Part shown: piece by piece, positions 1 through 11,901 of the stretch
How positions within the stretch are numbered: the stretch's first letter is position 1
How the letters are laid out: every line of letters starts with the position of its first letter
Source of the DNA: Haliotis rubra
Lineage: Eukaryota
Length of the DNA: 64,000 nt
Direction: 5' to 3'
Assembly (NCBI RefSeq): GCF_003918875.1
Contig: NW_025766736.1
Span: forward strand, 248,001-312,000
Position numbers and translations under genes: made by a program
The notes under the pieces: model-generated
Told to the model about the DNA's origin: nothing
Databases searched by the model: none
The model's input: the letters and a program-made list of their open reading frames with translations, nothing else

Positions 1-650
1 AACCTTATGTTGTTTCACACACATATCTCTTACTGGACGTGTTACCATAAGGTGTTGCTCAGAACCTTATGTTGTTTTCTGTAATGGAGGCACACATATC
101 TCTTACTGGACGTGTTACCATAAGGTGTTGCTCAGAACCTTATGTTGTTTTCTGTAATGGAGGCACACATATCTCTTACTGGACGTGTTACCATAAGGTG
201 TTGCTCAGAACCTTATGTTGTTTCTGTAATGGAGGCACACATATCTCTTACTGGACGTGTTACCATAAGGTGTTGCTCAGAACCTTATGTTGTTTTCTGT
301 AATGGAGGCACACATATCTCTAACTGGACGTGTTACCATAAGGTGTTGCTCAGAACCTTATGTTGTTTCCTGTTATGGAGGCACACATATCTCTTACTGG
401 ACATATAACCATTAGATGTGGCAAAGTAAGTTGTTGCCTGTGCATTCAGGCACCAAGTTCTCACTGGACATGTTACCATAAGATGTTGTCCAGATACTCT
501 GGAGAGGTAAGATGTTTCTTTGTAATGTAGACACACCAATCTCTAACTGGACGTGTTACCACAACGTGTTGCCCAGAACCTGATTCGGGGTAAGCTACTG
601 TCTGTGTTTATAGGCAGCCATTCTCACTGGACATTTAACCATAGGGTGTT

Positions 651-838
651 GAACGAGGACAAGTTTTATGCATTTACAACTACTTTATTCTGTATAGGCG
701 ACGTTTGGACATAGATTCTAACGTCGTTGTGAAACAAATCGAAACGTCGCCTGTACTGAATGATGAAGTTGTATGTCCATAAAACTTGTCCTCGTTCTTC
801 ATCTCCTCAACTTCTAAAATGCCAGTCAAAGAAGTCAC
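651..838. mobile_element. Palindromic (foldback) insertion with apparent 8-bp TSD
   Basis: Perfect 20-bp IR gaacgaggacaagttttatg (651) / cataaaacttgtcctcgttc (to 797) plus inner IR aggcgacgttt/aaacgtcgcct; agggtgtt is duplicated at 643 and 839. Confidence 0.65.
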
Positions 839-914
839 AGGGTGTTGCCCAGAAACTGTGGCGAGGTAGGATGTTGTCTACGTTGGGGGCGCTCCCGTCT
901 CTTACTGGACACGT

Positions 915-1094
915 GGTCGGTGGGATAGCCCAGTGGTTAAAGCGTTCACTCGTCACTCCGAAGACCCGGGTTCGATTCCCCACATGGGTAAAATGTGTGA
1001 AGCCCATTTCTGGTGTTCTCCGTCGTGAAATTGCTGGAATATTGCCGAAAGCGGCGTAAAACCAAACTCAGTCAGTCAGTCAGTCAGCACTCAC
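915..1094 (+). mobile_element. SINE family A (tRNA-derived head, likely tRNA-Asp-like)
   Basis: A-box (tagcccagtgg), B-box (ggttcgattcc), tail gctggaatattgc...gcggcgtaaaa(TCAG)n; 12-bp TSD tactggacacgt at 903 and 1095. Confidence 0.92.
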
Positions 1095-1971
1095 TACTGG
1101 ACACGTTAGCATAAGGTCTTGTTCAGACCCTGTTGCGAGGTAAGTTATTTTCTGTAGTGTCAGCACACCAATCTCTTACTAGACGTGTGATGCCCAGACA
1201 CTGTACCAAGGTAGTTTTTTATATGAGATGAAGGAACACCGATCTCTTACAAGACACATTACAACAAGGCGTTGCCCAGAAACTATAACGAGGTAGGATG
1301 TTTTCTGTTATGTTGGCATCCCAATCAGTTACTGGACGTGTTACTGCCAAGTGCTGTCCAGAACCTGAGTTGCAGGTCTACGCTGTATATCATACTCACT
1401 GGAAACTGCTTTGCAATTCATTTTCTTTTACCCTCCCCTCCCATAAAGATAAGGAAAATCTGTTGCCACAACAAACCTCTTTAACAAATTTCAGCTGTTA
1501 TGAATTTTGTATTTAATGTAAAATGAAATACAGGCAACGGATGACAGACGATACCTTTTGCTGTAGACTGCGATCATCTAGAATTTCTAAACTGTATTAT
1601 TGCTGGCACCAAAATACCGTTCTAGAGACAAATACACGTCTTCTGTTGAACGGCCCCACAGAACCTGAATACACTAATGATTAATGGCAACGAACCTAAT
1701 GAAATTCCGCATCAGATAAAGACTATTATTCTTTTCCCGATCAAATACTGATGCCATGAAGGAGTCAATGCAATAATTGTAGAACCGATTACTGCCTGGG
1801 TTACTTCAGAAGTCTGTCATGCCATATGGTGCGCAACGTAAATTTGTTGGCCAGAAACAACATTGTCGCATCGTGTTCGGTTTAACATGCACCATGTCGA
1901 CTTGAACAAACTAGAAGCGCCCCTCCCCCTCCATCCTATACATCCTCTCGACGCCACATCACTCTCGCAAA

Positions 1972-2374
1972 TCTCTCTCTCTCTCTCTCTCTCCTCCCTC
2001 CTCTCCTCCCTCCCTCCCTCCCTCTCTTCCCCTCTCTCTCTTCCTCCTCTCNNNNNNNNNNNNNNNNNNNNNNNNNNNNNNNNNNNNNNNNNNNNNNNNN
2101 NNNNNNNNNNNNNNNNNNNNNNNNNNNNNNNNNNNNNNNNNNNNNNNNNNNNNNNNNNNNNNNNNNNNNNNNNNNNNNNNNNNNNNNNNNNNNNNNNNNN
2201 NNNNNNNNNNNNNNNNNNNNNNNNNNNNNNNNNNNNNNNNNNNNNNNNNNNNNNNNTCTCCCCTCTCTTCCCCCTCTCTCTTCCTTTCCTCCCTCTCTCT
2301 CTCTCCTCCTCTCTCCCTCTCTCTCCCTCTCTCTGTCTCTCCCTCCCGCTCCTCCCTCCCTCCAACTCTTCTCC

Positions 2375-2406
<32 letters not shown>

Positions 2407-2450
2407 CTCTCTCCCTCTCCCTCTCCCTCTCTCCCCTCTCTCTGTCTCGC
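1972..2450. repeat. (CT)n/polypyrimidine microsatellite spanning assembly gap 2052-2256
   Basis: Read directly from the sequence. Confidence 0.95.
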
Positions 2451-3234
2451 CTTTTTCTTCTGAGGATTCCATTTGCTCCTTCGTTTAGGATTGCTCACCA
2501 ATTTAACTTCTCTGGAAACAAACTACTTGCAAAAATATGAACGTTAATTCTTTTAAGTTTGCATTCGTCTTTCTTTTCCTGAAACCCTGTACCACGCGCC
2601 TCCCACAATGTAATGATTTGCACCATAAGTCTATCTTGCAGATTCCATCTTTTACTAAAGCAGGCTTCTCAGATTTATGTCAATTAAGACCATGTTTTTA
2701 GTTATCTGATGTTCGACAAAGCTCCTGCCAGTATTATTTTAAGCCCAAGGGGCATTTTAGCCCATAAAGAAAGGCCTTAGTGGAAGCTGCTCGTGAAATC
2801 TGTATATCTTAAACTGTTTAGTAGATGCGACTGCAGGCCCTTCCACCTGCTGTCTGGCACGCCAATGTTCGGGACAAGATACTTCATCGATTGCTACAGC
2901 CACTTCCAGCAAATCTTGCTAAACTTTCTTGGAAGGCTTATAAATCAAAGTAATCGTATTATTTCGAGTATTTCCCCTTTTAGCGTGTGTTTTGATTAAA
3001 CGTCCTCCACTGCTGATATCCCGCGTGATTTGTGTCCTGTTCTTGTCGTGATATCAGTTTCACCACATGACGGAGTGTTGACCTTGATGCGCAGACAATA
3101 TGGAACAACACGTGGTCTGTGTTTTTTTAAAAGAAATTAAACAACAGCCAATTCCTTCATATCATCTCAGTTAATCTGTCTCATTTGTCTCGAACTATGT
3201 TTTTTAGAAATGCAGTGTATTTGTAGAAGATGTG

Positions 3235-3427
3235 TCTGTTTGTTGTTTAAAGCTGCATTCAGCAATATTCCAGTTATATCGCGGCGGTCTGTCAATAATC
3301 GTGTGCAGTTGGGATACGATGACATGTGTCAACCAAGTCAGCGAAACGGACTGCCCGATAACGTTAGTCGCCTCTTACGACAAGCATGGGTTGCTGAAGA
3401 TCAATTCTAACCCGGATCTTCAGGGGT
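3235..3427 (-). mobile_element. Retroposon family B copy (internal deletion)
   Basis: Reverse strand starts acccctgaagatccgggttagaattgatcttcagcaacccatgcttgtcgtaagaggcgactaac and ends with the aatattgctga...ttaaacaacaaac tail. Confidence 0.85.
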
Positions 3428-4426
3428 CTTACAGGTCAACGTCTAATTAGTATAGCTGACATTGTCATACCATACGACCTCAAGTTCACAGAACGCATTG
3501 TACGGATTGATTTTGAAACATGTGTGCTGAACATTGTCACAGTCCGTGCATACCATCCTTGCCTGACTTGTACCATCACCGCATTGTACCTTCATGTACC
3601 ATACCTGTGCACTGGTATAGTTATGATATAGTCTAACTCTGCCCGATACTCTACTTCAAATATTTCACCCGTGAAGATCCGGTTAGAATTAGTCTTCATC
3701 AACCCATAACTTAAGCAACAATCAATGAATTAAACTTTGACATGCAAAATTCTTTGGCGTAAACATTCTATACACTGACAGCATATATTACTTATTGGAC
3801 ATAGACAGTTTGTATATTGGGACTTTGAGGATTCCAACAAATTCACTCGCCTTGGAAATTTGTAGTACTGATCGACGTGGAAAACGTTTACCAAATCGAA
3901 TTCTTTTGCAAAGTGCAGTATGTGTATGTTAAGAAGGACCTTCGAGAAGAACAATTGACCTTCTGACAAGTTTGCTTCTGGTTACTTATAGGCAATACAT
4001 ACCAATGGACAACGTTTGACCATGTTGTGACGGTGTTCAGAAGCAACTCAGAGTAAAGAAAGTTGTGATCGTTGAAAATGATAATTACATTAGAGCACAG
4101 ACACAGTGTAATTTCGTCTTTTAATTACATTCAAGGGCCAAGTCTGAAGGTGATAAGTTGCATATTCATGCGCTTAAACTGTTCATTTACCTGTTATGAC
4201 GAGTACGTCACAAACTGACAAACAACTGGTGGCTCAGCTAATGAATGTAATTTCCTGGGACCAGGAAATATTACCTCTGGGTCGCCGGTAGTGAAGAAGA
4301 TAAATGCAACATCTTTTGAACGTTTTTTCGAACTTCAGAAGAGTAAGGACATGTGGTGTATTTGGTGCACTGGTCGCCACGACCGTCCATCCACCTTTCT
4401 CATGTCTCAGCTTGCTAGTTCTAGTT

Positions 4427-4595
4427 GGGTCGGTGGGGTAACCTAATGGTTAATGCGTTCGCTGGTCACGCCGAAGACCCGAGTTCGATTCCCCACATGG
4501 GTACAATGTGTAAAGTCCATTTCTGATGTCCCCCGCCGTGATGTTGCTGGAATATTGCTAAAACGGGCGTAAAACCATAATCAGTCACTCTCTCA
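4427..4595 (+). mobile_element. SINE family A
   Basis: Full head-body-tail match to family A, flanked by ctagtt repeats. Confidence 0.9.
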
Positions 4596-4959
4596 CTAGT
4601 TTTCGTTATTGTTGCGCTCATTGCCATAGAGAGGTCTATCGTTATTCAAGGTGGTAATATTGAAAACCCGGATTTTTGTAACGAAACCGGCAATGCTATA
4701 TAAAGAGAGGAAACCTTGTGTGCAGGATAAAGGAAAATGCGTGCGTTTGTTTTACCTTTTCCTCTTAAACCACACAGCAGTAAAACTGAATTTGGTGGAT
4801 ATACCAACAAATGACATCTGGCAAATCTGTTTAATTGAAACAGATATACCACGAAACCGTTCGGCCATAGGTCTTCATGTATGATAATAATATAGACACA
4901 AAACACTGATTTGAATGTTGCTATATATAGGTGTACATTCAGGTTACTGCTGTGTTGCA

Positions 4960-5383
4960 TCGTAACGCAACATCTGATGGATGAACAGTTCGTGATTCAC
5001 CATGATATAGTGGCGATGTTTCATTGTGTGGACATCATGCTGGCGCTCTGGTTGTCGAAATCGCTGGAATTGTCAACAGAAATTTTGAACTGCAAGCTCA
5101 CAATGCCAGACCACATCATAACCAGATTGTCAAGGATTATATCCTTTGCGAAGGCATACAGACAATGAAATGGCACGCTGTCTCTCTGACATGTCACCAG
5201 TTGAGCATCTACTCGATGTTCTCGGTCGGAGAGTGGACGCCAGCGATCCATCCCCTTCCAGCTTGCGCACTCTTCAAGATGGACTGCCAATACCAAGGAC
5301 AACCGATCCGCAATTTAATCAGCAGTATGCCATCGAGGTGTCGTACATGTATCACCCAACATCGTGGACACATCAGATATTGA
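4960..5383 (+). pseudogene. Decayed Tc1-family transposase (C-terminal DDE region)
   Basis: Frameshifted pieces QAHNARPH...KWHAVS / DMSPVEHLLDVLGRRV / IRNLISSMPSRCRTCITQHRGHIRY* match the Tc1 QDNARPH, WPxxSPDLxPIEHLW and GGHTRY* motifs. Confidence 0.8.
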
Positions 5384-5804
5384 TCAACACTCCCGAAATT
5401 AATTTCGCAGCATTTATCGTCATTACACGTCCCTACCGTTTCATCAGTTCCCTTATTTTTTGTCGATAGTTGGTATTTGGATGCCAAAATGCAATAGGTT
5501 TCTCCACAGATATCATGTTTTTACAGTATTTTAGTTTTTAGGCGATTGCATCTCTCTGAAGCAAAATGAAAATCACTTGGATGAGTTTCAAGGCTTAAGG
5601 CTATACTTTTTAATTTCACCACCAAGAGCGCGTATTAATCTATGACCTCAGGTGGCAGCTGTTGAGAAGTATTCACCAAGTCTCTACTTGCTTATTACGT
5701 GAGTCCCTCAGCATTTCCACAAGTCGGAAAAAACGGTAAGATGGAGTGAGGAAAATATTATGTTATTGACGATTTAACCAATTCCATAACGTGATCTCTT
5801 CCAG

Positions 5805-5971
5805 GTGAAAGTGTGGAACCGATGAAGATTGATGACGTCACCATGTTGTTCAGCGATCTTGTTGGGTTCACCGCAATCTGCTCCACGGCCACGCCCATGC
5901 AGGTCGTCAACATGCTCAACTCCCTCTACACCCATTTCGACAACTACTGCGGCTTGCTCGACGTGTACAAG
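5805..5971 (+). CDS. GUCY1A: Soluble guanylate cyclase alpha subunit, first visible exon (start of cyclase domain); upstream exons are outside the window
   Basis: Acceptor ctcttccag|, donor AAG|gtaata. Translates (G)[55 protein letters not shown], the class III cyclase VTxLFSDxVGFT motif with the first metal-binding Asp. Missed by the ORF track. Confidence 0.95.
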
Positions 5972-7804
5972 GTAATATTACAGTGATTAAAACCTTGTGA
6001 TGGAATGTATACGATTAAGCCGTTTGGGACCGCAAGTAAGCCGTTTCAAGGTGGAATTAACAATTGCCATATCGTCACTGATTTGATGGAATCGAACTTG
6101 CATATTCTTTGTGATGAGAGAAGCACTAACCGCTTAGCCGCCAATAAAGTATATCAATATGACTGATTTCGATGCATATAGTGTATTCTACACACGATGT
6201 TGAGATACGATCCATGTAGAGTCTAAAATGAACAACATGTTATTGGGATATGAAACTATAACATTAAAAGTGATCCTTCTACTTCTGGTACTTCTGATAT
6301 TCCAGTTCAATGGACACATTTCCATAATCATAAGCAATATGCTCCTGCACGACATCTGACCTCTACATCAAAATTTGCCCCCTCATGTCAGAACGATATC
6401 ATCACAGCTGTATCTGATGTATCAGAACATTGATCTTTTTAGATCTTTTAATAAAACCTGCATAACATAAGAAGTTCATTGTATGATTCCGACTCTGATT
6501 TTTATTGAATCACTGTCAAATAGAACTGATACGCGAAGTGGTGAGAGCATACTGTCTCACTGATGGCGCAAACACATGCAGAGTCAGGTCAAGTTTTCAG
6601 AATGGGTATATATGGCACAAGTAAAATTAGAAGTTGCATCTGCCATTATTTTGGTCACTAATTACTTATTTATTCATCCTGTCTACCCTAGAATTCGTTT
6701 CACTGTATTGAATTATCACTTAATCGTGTACATCTTGCACAACACTGTTGTGGTCCTTCAACTACTTCCAGTCGATGTTAAGGTGTCATGGTTTTATTGT
6801 CAAGGGAGATGGGGAGGTATTTGGTTCAAATCAACGTTTTTTTTAATGGAGATGAGCTGAACTTTTTGTCTGACATACTCAGGTGGTAAGTTCCAATTTT
6901 AATCAACAAACAGCTTTTTCTGGACATGTATGGTTGAAGGTCATGTTATTTCTACAATACAGAGCATACGTAATTTCGTTCAGCTGAACAGGGTCTTTAT
7001 AATTTTTGTATGAACAAACGACCCCTGAAAATCACATGGTTGCTTCTCAGAAGAGTTTCACAATTGCTTTGTGAGAACACCCTCTCTACCACTATCCACT
7101 AAACTACAACACAAACCAATTATACGTTTCTATTAAATTATGCACGAGTATGGCAGAGGTTCCTTGTAACGCTCTCCACGCTGCACGCGGAGTTCCGTTG
7201 TTCAAGACAAAACTGCTGCTAAAACTAGCAACCGTCAACCCTACATCAACACAAGAGAGGGCTTAATTACCCGTAGAACATGCGCTGCCAGCGATCAGGG
7301 ACTACCGGTCGTGTTGCTGGACACAAAGGTGGAGCTTTACTTAAAATACGATACAGTAATGATCTGCCGGACGGCACGTAAATAGGTAAAGTTAAATTTC
7401 TGGAGAATGATGGCAAAGTAGACGTCACAAATGGCTTTGGCAGGGACAAAGAGCAGCGTTGTGGTGGGTCATCAACTACCAAGGAAAGCGGAAAATCTTT
7501 TAGCATGTCACGTAGTCTAACTTTACAAGTCACGACTTATGGGACAATGGATCTGAATGCTCTGATACTGCTTCTCGCCCGTTTGTTTTGAATTGTTCGG
7601 CGAGACTTGAGACACAATAGTCCTCAATATGGAGCTGCGTTTACTTTGATCCATTTAAAGGGTAAACACTTTGAGCGATCTTTATAAAGGATCAAAACTG
7701 ATTCAGATATTGTCATTTGTTTCAACGCATTCATTTTTGTGTATGTATGTTTTGGTGATGTCTGATTTCAATAAAACATCCTCAGATTTAGGAACTGAGT
7801 CAAG

Positions 7805-7961
7805 GAGTGAGTGAGTTTAGTTTTACGCCGCCTTTAGCAATATTCCAGCAATATCACAGCGTGGGACACCAGAAATGAGCATCACACATTGTACCCATGT
7901 CGAACCCGGGTCTTCGGCGGGACGAGCGAACGCTTTAATCACTAGGCTACCCCACCGCCCC
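7805..7961 (-). mobile_element. SINE family A (intronic)
   Basis: Reverse complement of the family A consensus with a (TCAC)n tail. Confidence 0.9.
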
Positions 7962-8829
7962 TCAAGAATATATGATTAGACTGGGCAGCGATATGTGTGT
8001 GCATTGTTTAGGCTTGCATAGGATAGTTACGGTAGCCTCAGCACAGTGTGTACATGGTAGTGGTGTGTATAGACAGTAGTGTGTATAGTCACACTGCCCG
8101 TCCTGGTCGAGAATAAACTGAAGTAAACATGGTTTACTTCCGTATCTCGACATTTCATTTGCACTACATTTCCCAAGCAAATAACATCGGTGATTTTCAC
8201 AAAACTGAGTTTTATTGCTGTGTTAGCTCACGACAACGAGGAATATGACAGGTTAATGCACACCGTAACTCTTCGTTATCCGAGATGTCGCGAATATCAA
8301 AACAAATAACTGCAAGAAACAGTGTATGCGTTTGTAATGTATAAAAATAACACACACCTGTCAATTTTAAGTGCAAACAATGCATTGTAACAGATTTACC
8401 ACTTTCAATATTTCCTAAAATAATATCCCCAAAACAAATCGCTTTCTATTCTTGCCGAGCCTGTTCTGAGATCCGTAAATTCATAATAAAGATATGTCAT
8501 TCTTTATAGCTAGATGATGCTTTCGGCATCTGAGTTGTTGCCTACTGATGATGTACGCCAAAGTGGAACTGTGAAGCTCCTGATTATGTTTGCATCACAA
8601 AAATAGATACTGACTTGTGTATGCCCTTCTTACGCCTTGTGTTCAGTACTCGTTTACTTTCCATTATTTCTTCTGTGTTCTGTAAATAACACGTTCCTGT
8701 TTTGTCTGTGACTAACGGTGCATTCTCCCCGTGAAGATCATTCACAGATAATCAGATTGCGTGAAAGGCTGGTGAAGACTCTGAACAACGGTGGCTCTCA
8801 GTCTGTTGTGTCTCATTCTATAAGTGATG

Positions 8830-8975
8830 CGGCGAGATAGCCTAGTGGTTAGAGCGTTTGCTAGTCACGCCGAAAACCAGGTTTGAATCCAACATAGGTA
8901 CGATGTATGAAGACCATTTCTGGTGAGCCCCGCCGTGATATTGGTGGCATAAAAGCGGCGTTCACCCGACCTCAA
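8830..8975 (+). mobile_element. Diverged SINE family A nested in an old family B relic (about 8727-9035)
   Basis: tagcctagtggttagagcg...catttctggtg...aaaagcggcg; B-like ccccgtgaagatc precedes it and ttgtctggtctggac...atttacag follows. Confidence 0.7.
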
Positions 8976-9500
8976 TCGCTATGCTCGTGATATAAATCAC
9001 CGGTTTGTCTGGTCTGGACAAATCATTTACAGAGTGTCTGTAGTATTATTTTTTGCTGGCGGCACACACTACCCCCTCCCCTTTCATCCCCCAAAAACGA
9101 AAACATAAAAAAGTAATAAAAACAAGCGGATTCACAAGGCGATATGTTGATGAAGTATGCATGCATTTAGCAAATTGTAACTAGTCTTTCTAGTGCTGAG
9201 ACAGTCTCAGAGCGTTTTAAATATGTCGTCTAGTGTAACTGACGTTATCTATATTGTCCCAAACGGGTAGCCGAAAGGCCAAATGAGATTCTGGCCTTAG
9301 GCGTACATGGATGCAGTGATGACAAATGGCACTGGTACAAATTGTGGAAAACAAATTTGGAATTTCCTAAAGACAAATGCCTTTTGTCATCGAATAACTC
9401 ATTTCCCCACTAAGGACAGTACAGAGTAGGGTGGCATATTATTTCATTGAAAATCCGATACGAACTGGATATGAGACATTAGGAATTACTTCACTTGCCA

Positions 9501-9672
9501 ACCCGTGAAGATCCTGGTTAGAATTGGTCTGCTGCAACCCATGTTTGTCGTAAGAGCTGGCTAATGTTCATGATGTTGATCACTGGATTGTCCGGTCCAG
9601 ACCAGATTAAAAACAGGCCGCCGCTAAATAGGTGGAATATTGCTGAGTGCTGCGTTAATTTATAATCAATCA
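9501..9672 (+). mobile_element. Retroposon family B (internal deletion)
   Basis: Starts acccgtgaagatcc; ends ggaatattgctgagtgctgcgttaa. Confidence 0.8.
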
Positions 9673-10764
9673 ATACTTCACTTGTCCCATTTCATGAACA
9701 AAGTGAAAATATCAGTCTTTTTTAAAGCAATATTCAAGAAATATACCGAAGGTGCAAATACTGTACCCATAATACCCCGGACGAGTGAACGCTTTAACCA
9801 CTGTGCTACCCTATTGCCTACTTATCAACTGAATGACCAACTGAATTGTTAATTTGCAATTTAGACCTTAAATTGGATGTTGATTTCGAATTGATACTCG
9901 TATCTTGAATCCCGGAGTGCTGCTCTCCAGTAATCCTATTTTCGTTAATGAGGAAAAGAAAAATATCCTTTAAGTAGAAGTGTCTGTCCGTGCCCCAAAA
10001 CCATCGGCAATTAGACGATATACTGGGTAAAATCTCAATCAACATCTCTTTGATTGCCTTCTCAGTTGGTGCAATGTGGAACTGCACCTACCATCACTGA
10101 AACAAATCGTCTCGTTTGGCTGATAATGGATTTGATGTGGAAACAAATTGTTCGATAAGACCCAATTTCTGGTTTTATGTTCTCCAAGTGCTGCAGATCG
10201 TAGTGGGATGCAACTGCTACCATCACACGTCTCCAGGTCAACCTCTATAAACTGAAGATGAGGATATAGAAATTACAAGGAAAGAACATATAATGGAAAC
10301 ATGAAGTGGAATGGTATCATTTAAGCAGTAGTTTTTAGTTTTAAGTAAAGTAATATCATTACTATCCTCCTTAAACTGAATTTTGTGTATAGTTTTAGTG
10401 TTCATGAGTGCTGATGCTCAGCGCTGTCAGGCAACAGACTGGTGTTTCTTGGGGCTTATTGTGTGGGTTGTGTGTTATGCAAGTGGGGCAAGACCTCTTT
10501 CCCTTTTAACGAGCACTTTGTGTCATGACTGATTTCCAGTGATCTTTCAACACTGCTTTGCATTTTTTCGGCAGCGGAGCCTGTTTCGTTGGATAATCGG
10601 CTGTGGTTGTTCCCTTGCGTTGGCGTTGGCGTTGGCGTCGATGACGTTGACGTTATATATTTTGTTTTCATAGGGAGCGGGTTTAAGGAGAGACAGCGTT
10701 GGGTCTGACGTGTGTAGTCTCAAGACCAAATTTTGATTCCTTTAATGTGTTACTTCGTAATGGC

Positions 10765-10981
10765 GCCCATGAAGATACGGTTTAGGTGAAAAACCAGTAA
10801 CCCATGTTTGTCGTAAGAGGCGACTAACGGGATCGGGTGATCAGGCTCACTGACTTGGTCAAATGCATAGATCGATGTTAATGCTGTTGATCAGTGAATT
10901 GTCTGGTCCAGATTCGATTATTTAAAGACCGCCGCCGTTAAGCTGGAATATTGCTGAGTGCGGTGAAAACAACCAACCAAC
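10765..10981 (+). mobile_element. Retroposon family B, ending about 60 bp upstream of the exon at 11044
   Basis: aacccatgtttgtcgtaagaggcgactaacgggatcggg...gctggaatattgctgagtgcgg(AACC)n. Confidence 0.88.
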
Positions 10982-11043
10982 TTCATAATGAAATGACAAA
11001 ACTGAAAATGCACACTGATATCAAAATGTCTTTGTTACAACAG

Positions 11044-11187
11044 ATTGAAACAATCGGAGACGCCTACTGTGTGGCAGGGGGGCTGCACCGGGCCAGCAAG
11101 TACCACGCCCTGCAGATCGCTTGGATGGCGATAAAGATGATGAAGGCAGCTGCATCCCAGAAAGCGCATGATGGTGGGGCTATCAAG
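11044..11187 (+). CDS. GUCY1A: sGC alpha exon (144 nt, phase 0-0)
   Basis: acaacag|ATT...AAG|gtagga. IETIGDAYCVAGGLHRASKYHALQIAWMAIKMMKAAASQKAHDGGAIK; ETIGDAYCVAGGLH is the alpha-subunit signature. Confidence 0.96.
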
Positions 11188-11394
11188 GTAGGAATGCGTA
11201 GAATGAGGCTTAATGAGAGGGCAGGTTTTAGACGCTTGCACACACTTATAGCATGGTGTTTGGGTCGATAAACCCCGGTTTCTTGATACCACTAACACAG
11301 GGACATGGATTCGAACCTTTGGTGATGATGACGTGTGCAACTTCAACATATAGTGTAAAATGATGTCAGCAGTGAACAAATTACGTTTAGAGGC

Positions 11395-11625
11395 GAGGTT
11401 AGGATGATCTGTTCTCCAGCAAACCATGCTTGTCGTAAGAGGCGACTAACAAGACCGGATGGTCAGTCTTGCTGGCTTGGTTCATGCATGTCATCGCATC
11501 CCATTAACGTAGATATATGCTCATAATGTCAATCACTGGATTGTCTGGAATAGACACGATAATGCACATACTGACCGCCGTCATACAGCTGGAAAACCGC
11601 AGAGTGAAGCGTTAAACAAAAAAGC
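11395..11625 (+). mobile_element. Retroposon family B (diverged)
   Basis: ccatgcttgtcgtaagaggcgactaac...cactggattgtctgg...gcgttaaacaaa. Confidence 0.8.
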
Positions 11626-11645
11626 AAATGTAAAGTGGCGGTACA

Positions 11646-11901
11646 GAGAGTGAGTGAGTGAGTGAGCTGAGTTTTATGCCGCACTCAGCAATATTCCAGC
11701 CATATGGCGGCGGTCTGTAAATAATCGAGTCTGGACCAGACAATCAAGTGACAAACAGCATGAGCATCGATCTGCGCAACTGGGAACCGATGACATGTGT
11801 CAACCAAGTCAGCGAGCCTGACCACCCGATCCCGTTAGTCGCCTCTTACGACAAGCATGGGTTACTGAAGACCAATATTCAAACCCTGACGTTCACGGGT
11901 C
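11646..11901 (-). mobile_element. Full-length retroposon family B with an A-type (TCAC)n tail
   Basis: TSD ggcggtaca at 11637 and 11902 brackets the element and fixes its 5' end at gacccgtgaa. Confidence 0.92.

Larger units (their letters stand above)
1..1380. repeat. 73-bp minisatellite, homogeneous to about 400 and decaying to about 1380
   Basis: Unit aaccttatgttgttttctgtaatggaggcacacatatctcttactggacgtgttaccataaggtgttgctcag starts at 63, 136, 209, 281 and 354; degenerate actggac...gttacc cores follow. Confidence 0.9.

Noticed and set aside
1817-2540. RE-rich and SL-rich ORFs
   Set aside because: These come from the (CT)n microsatellite plus an N gap; the same applies to ORFs over the gaps at 27286 and 28653.
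7150-7560. Coding-looking stretch inside the first visible sGC intron
   Set aside because: The + frames contain stops, and neither they nor the short minus-strand ORF match a family I can identify.
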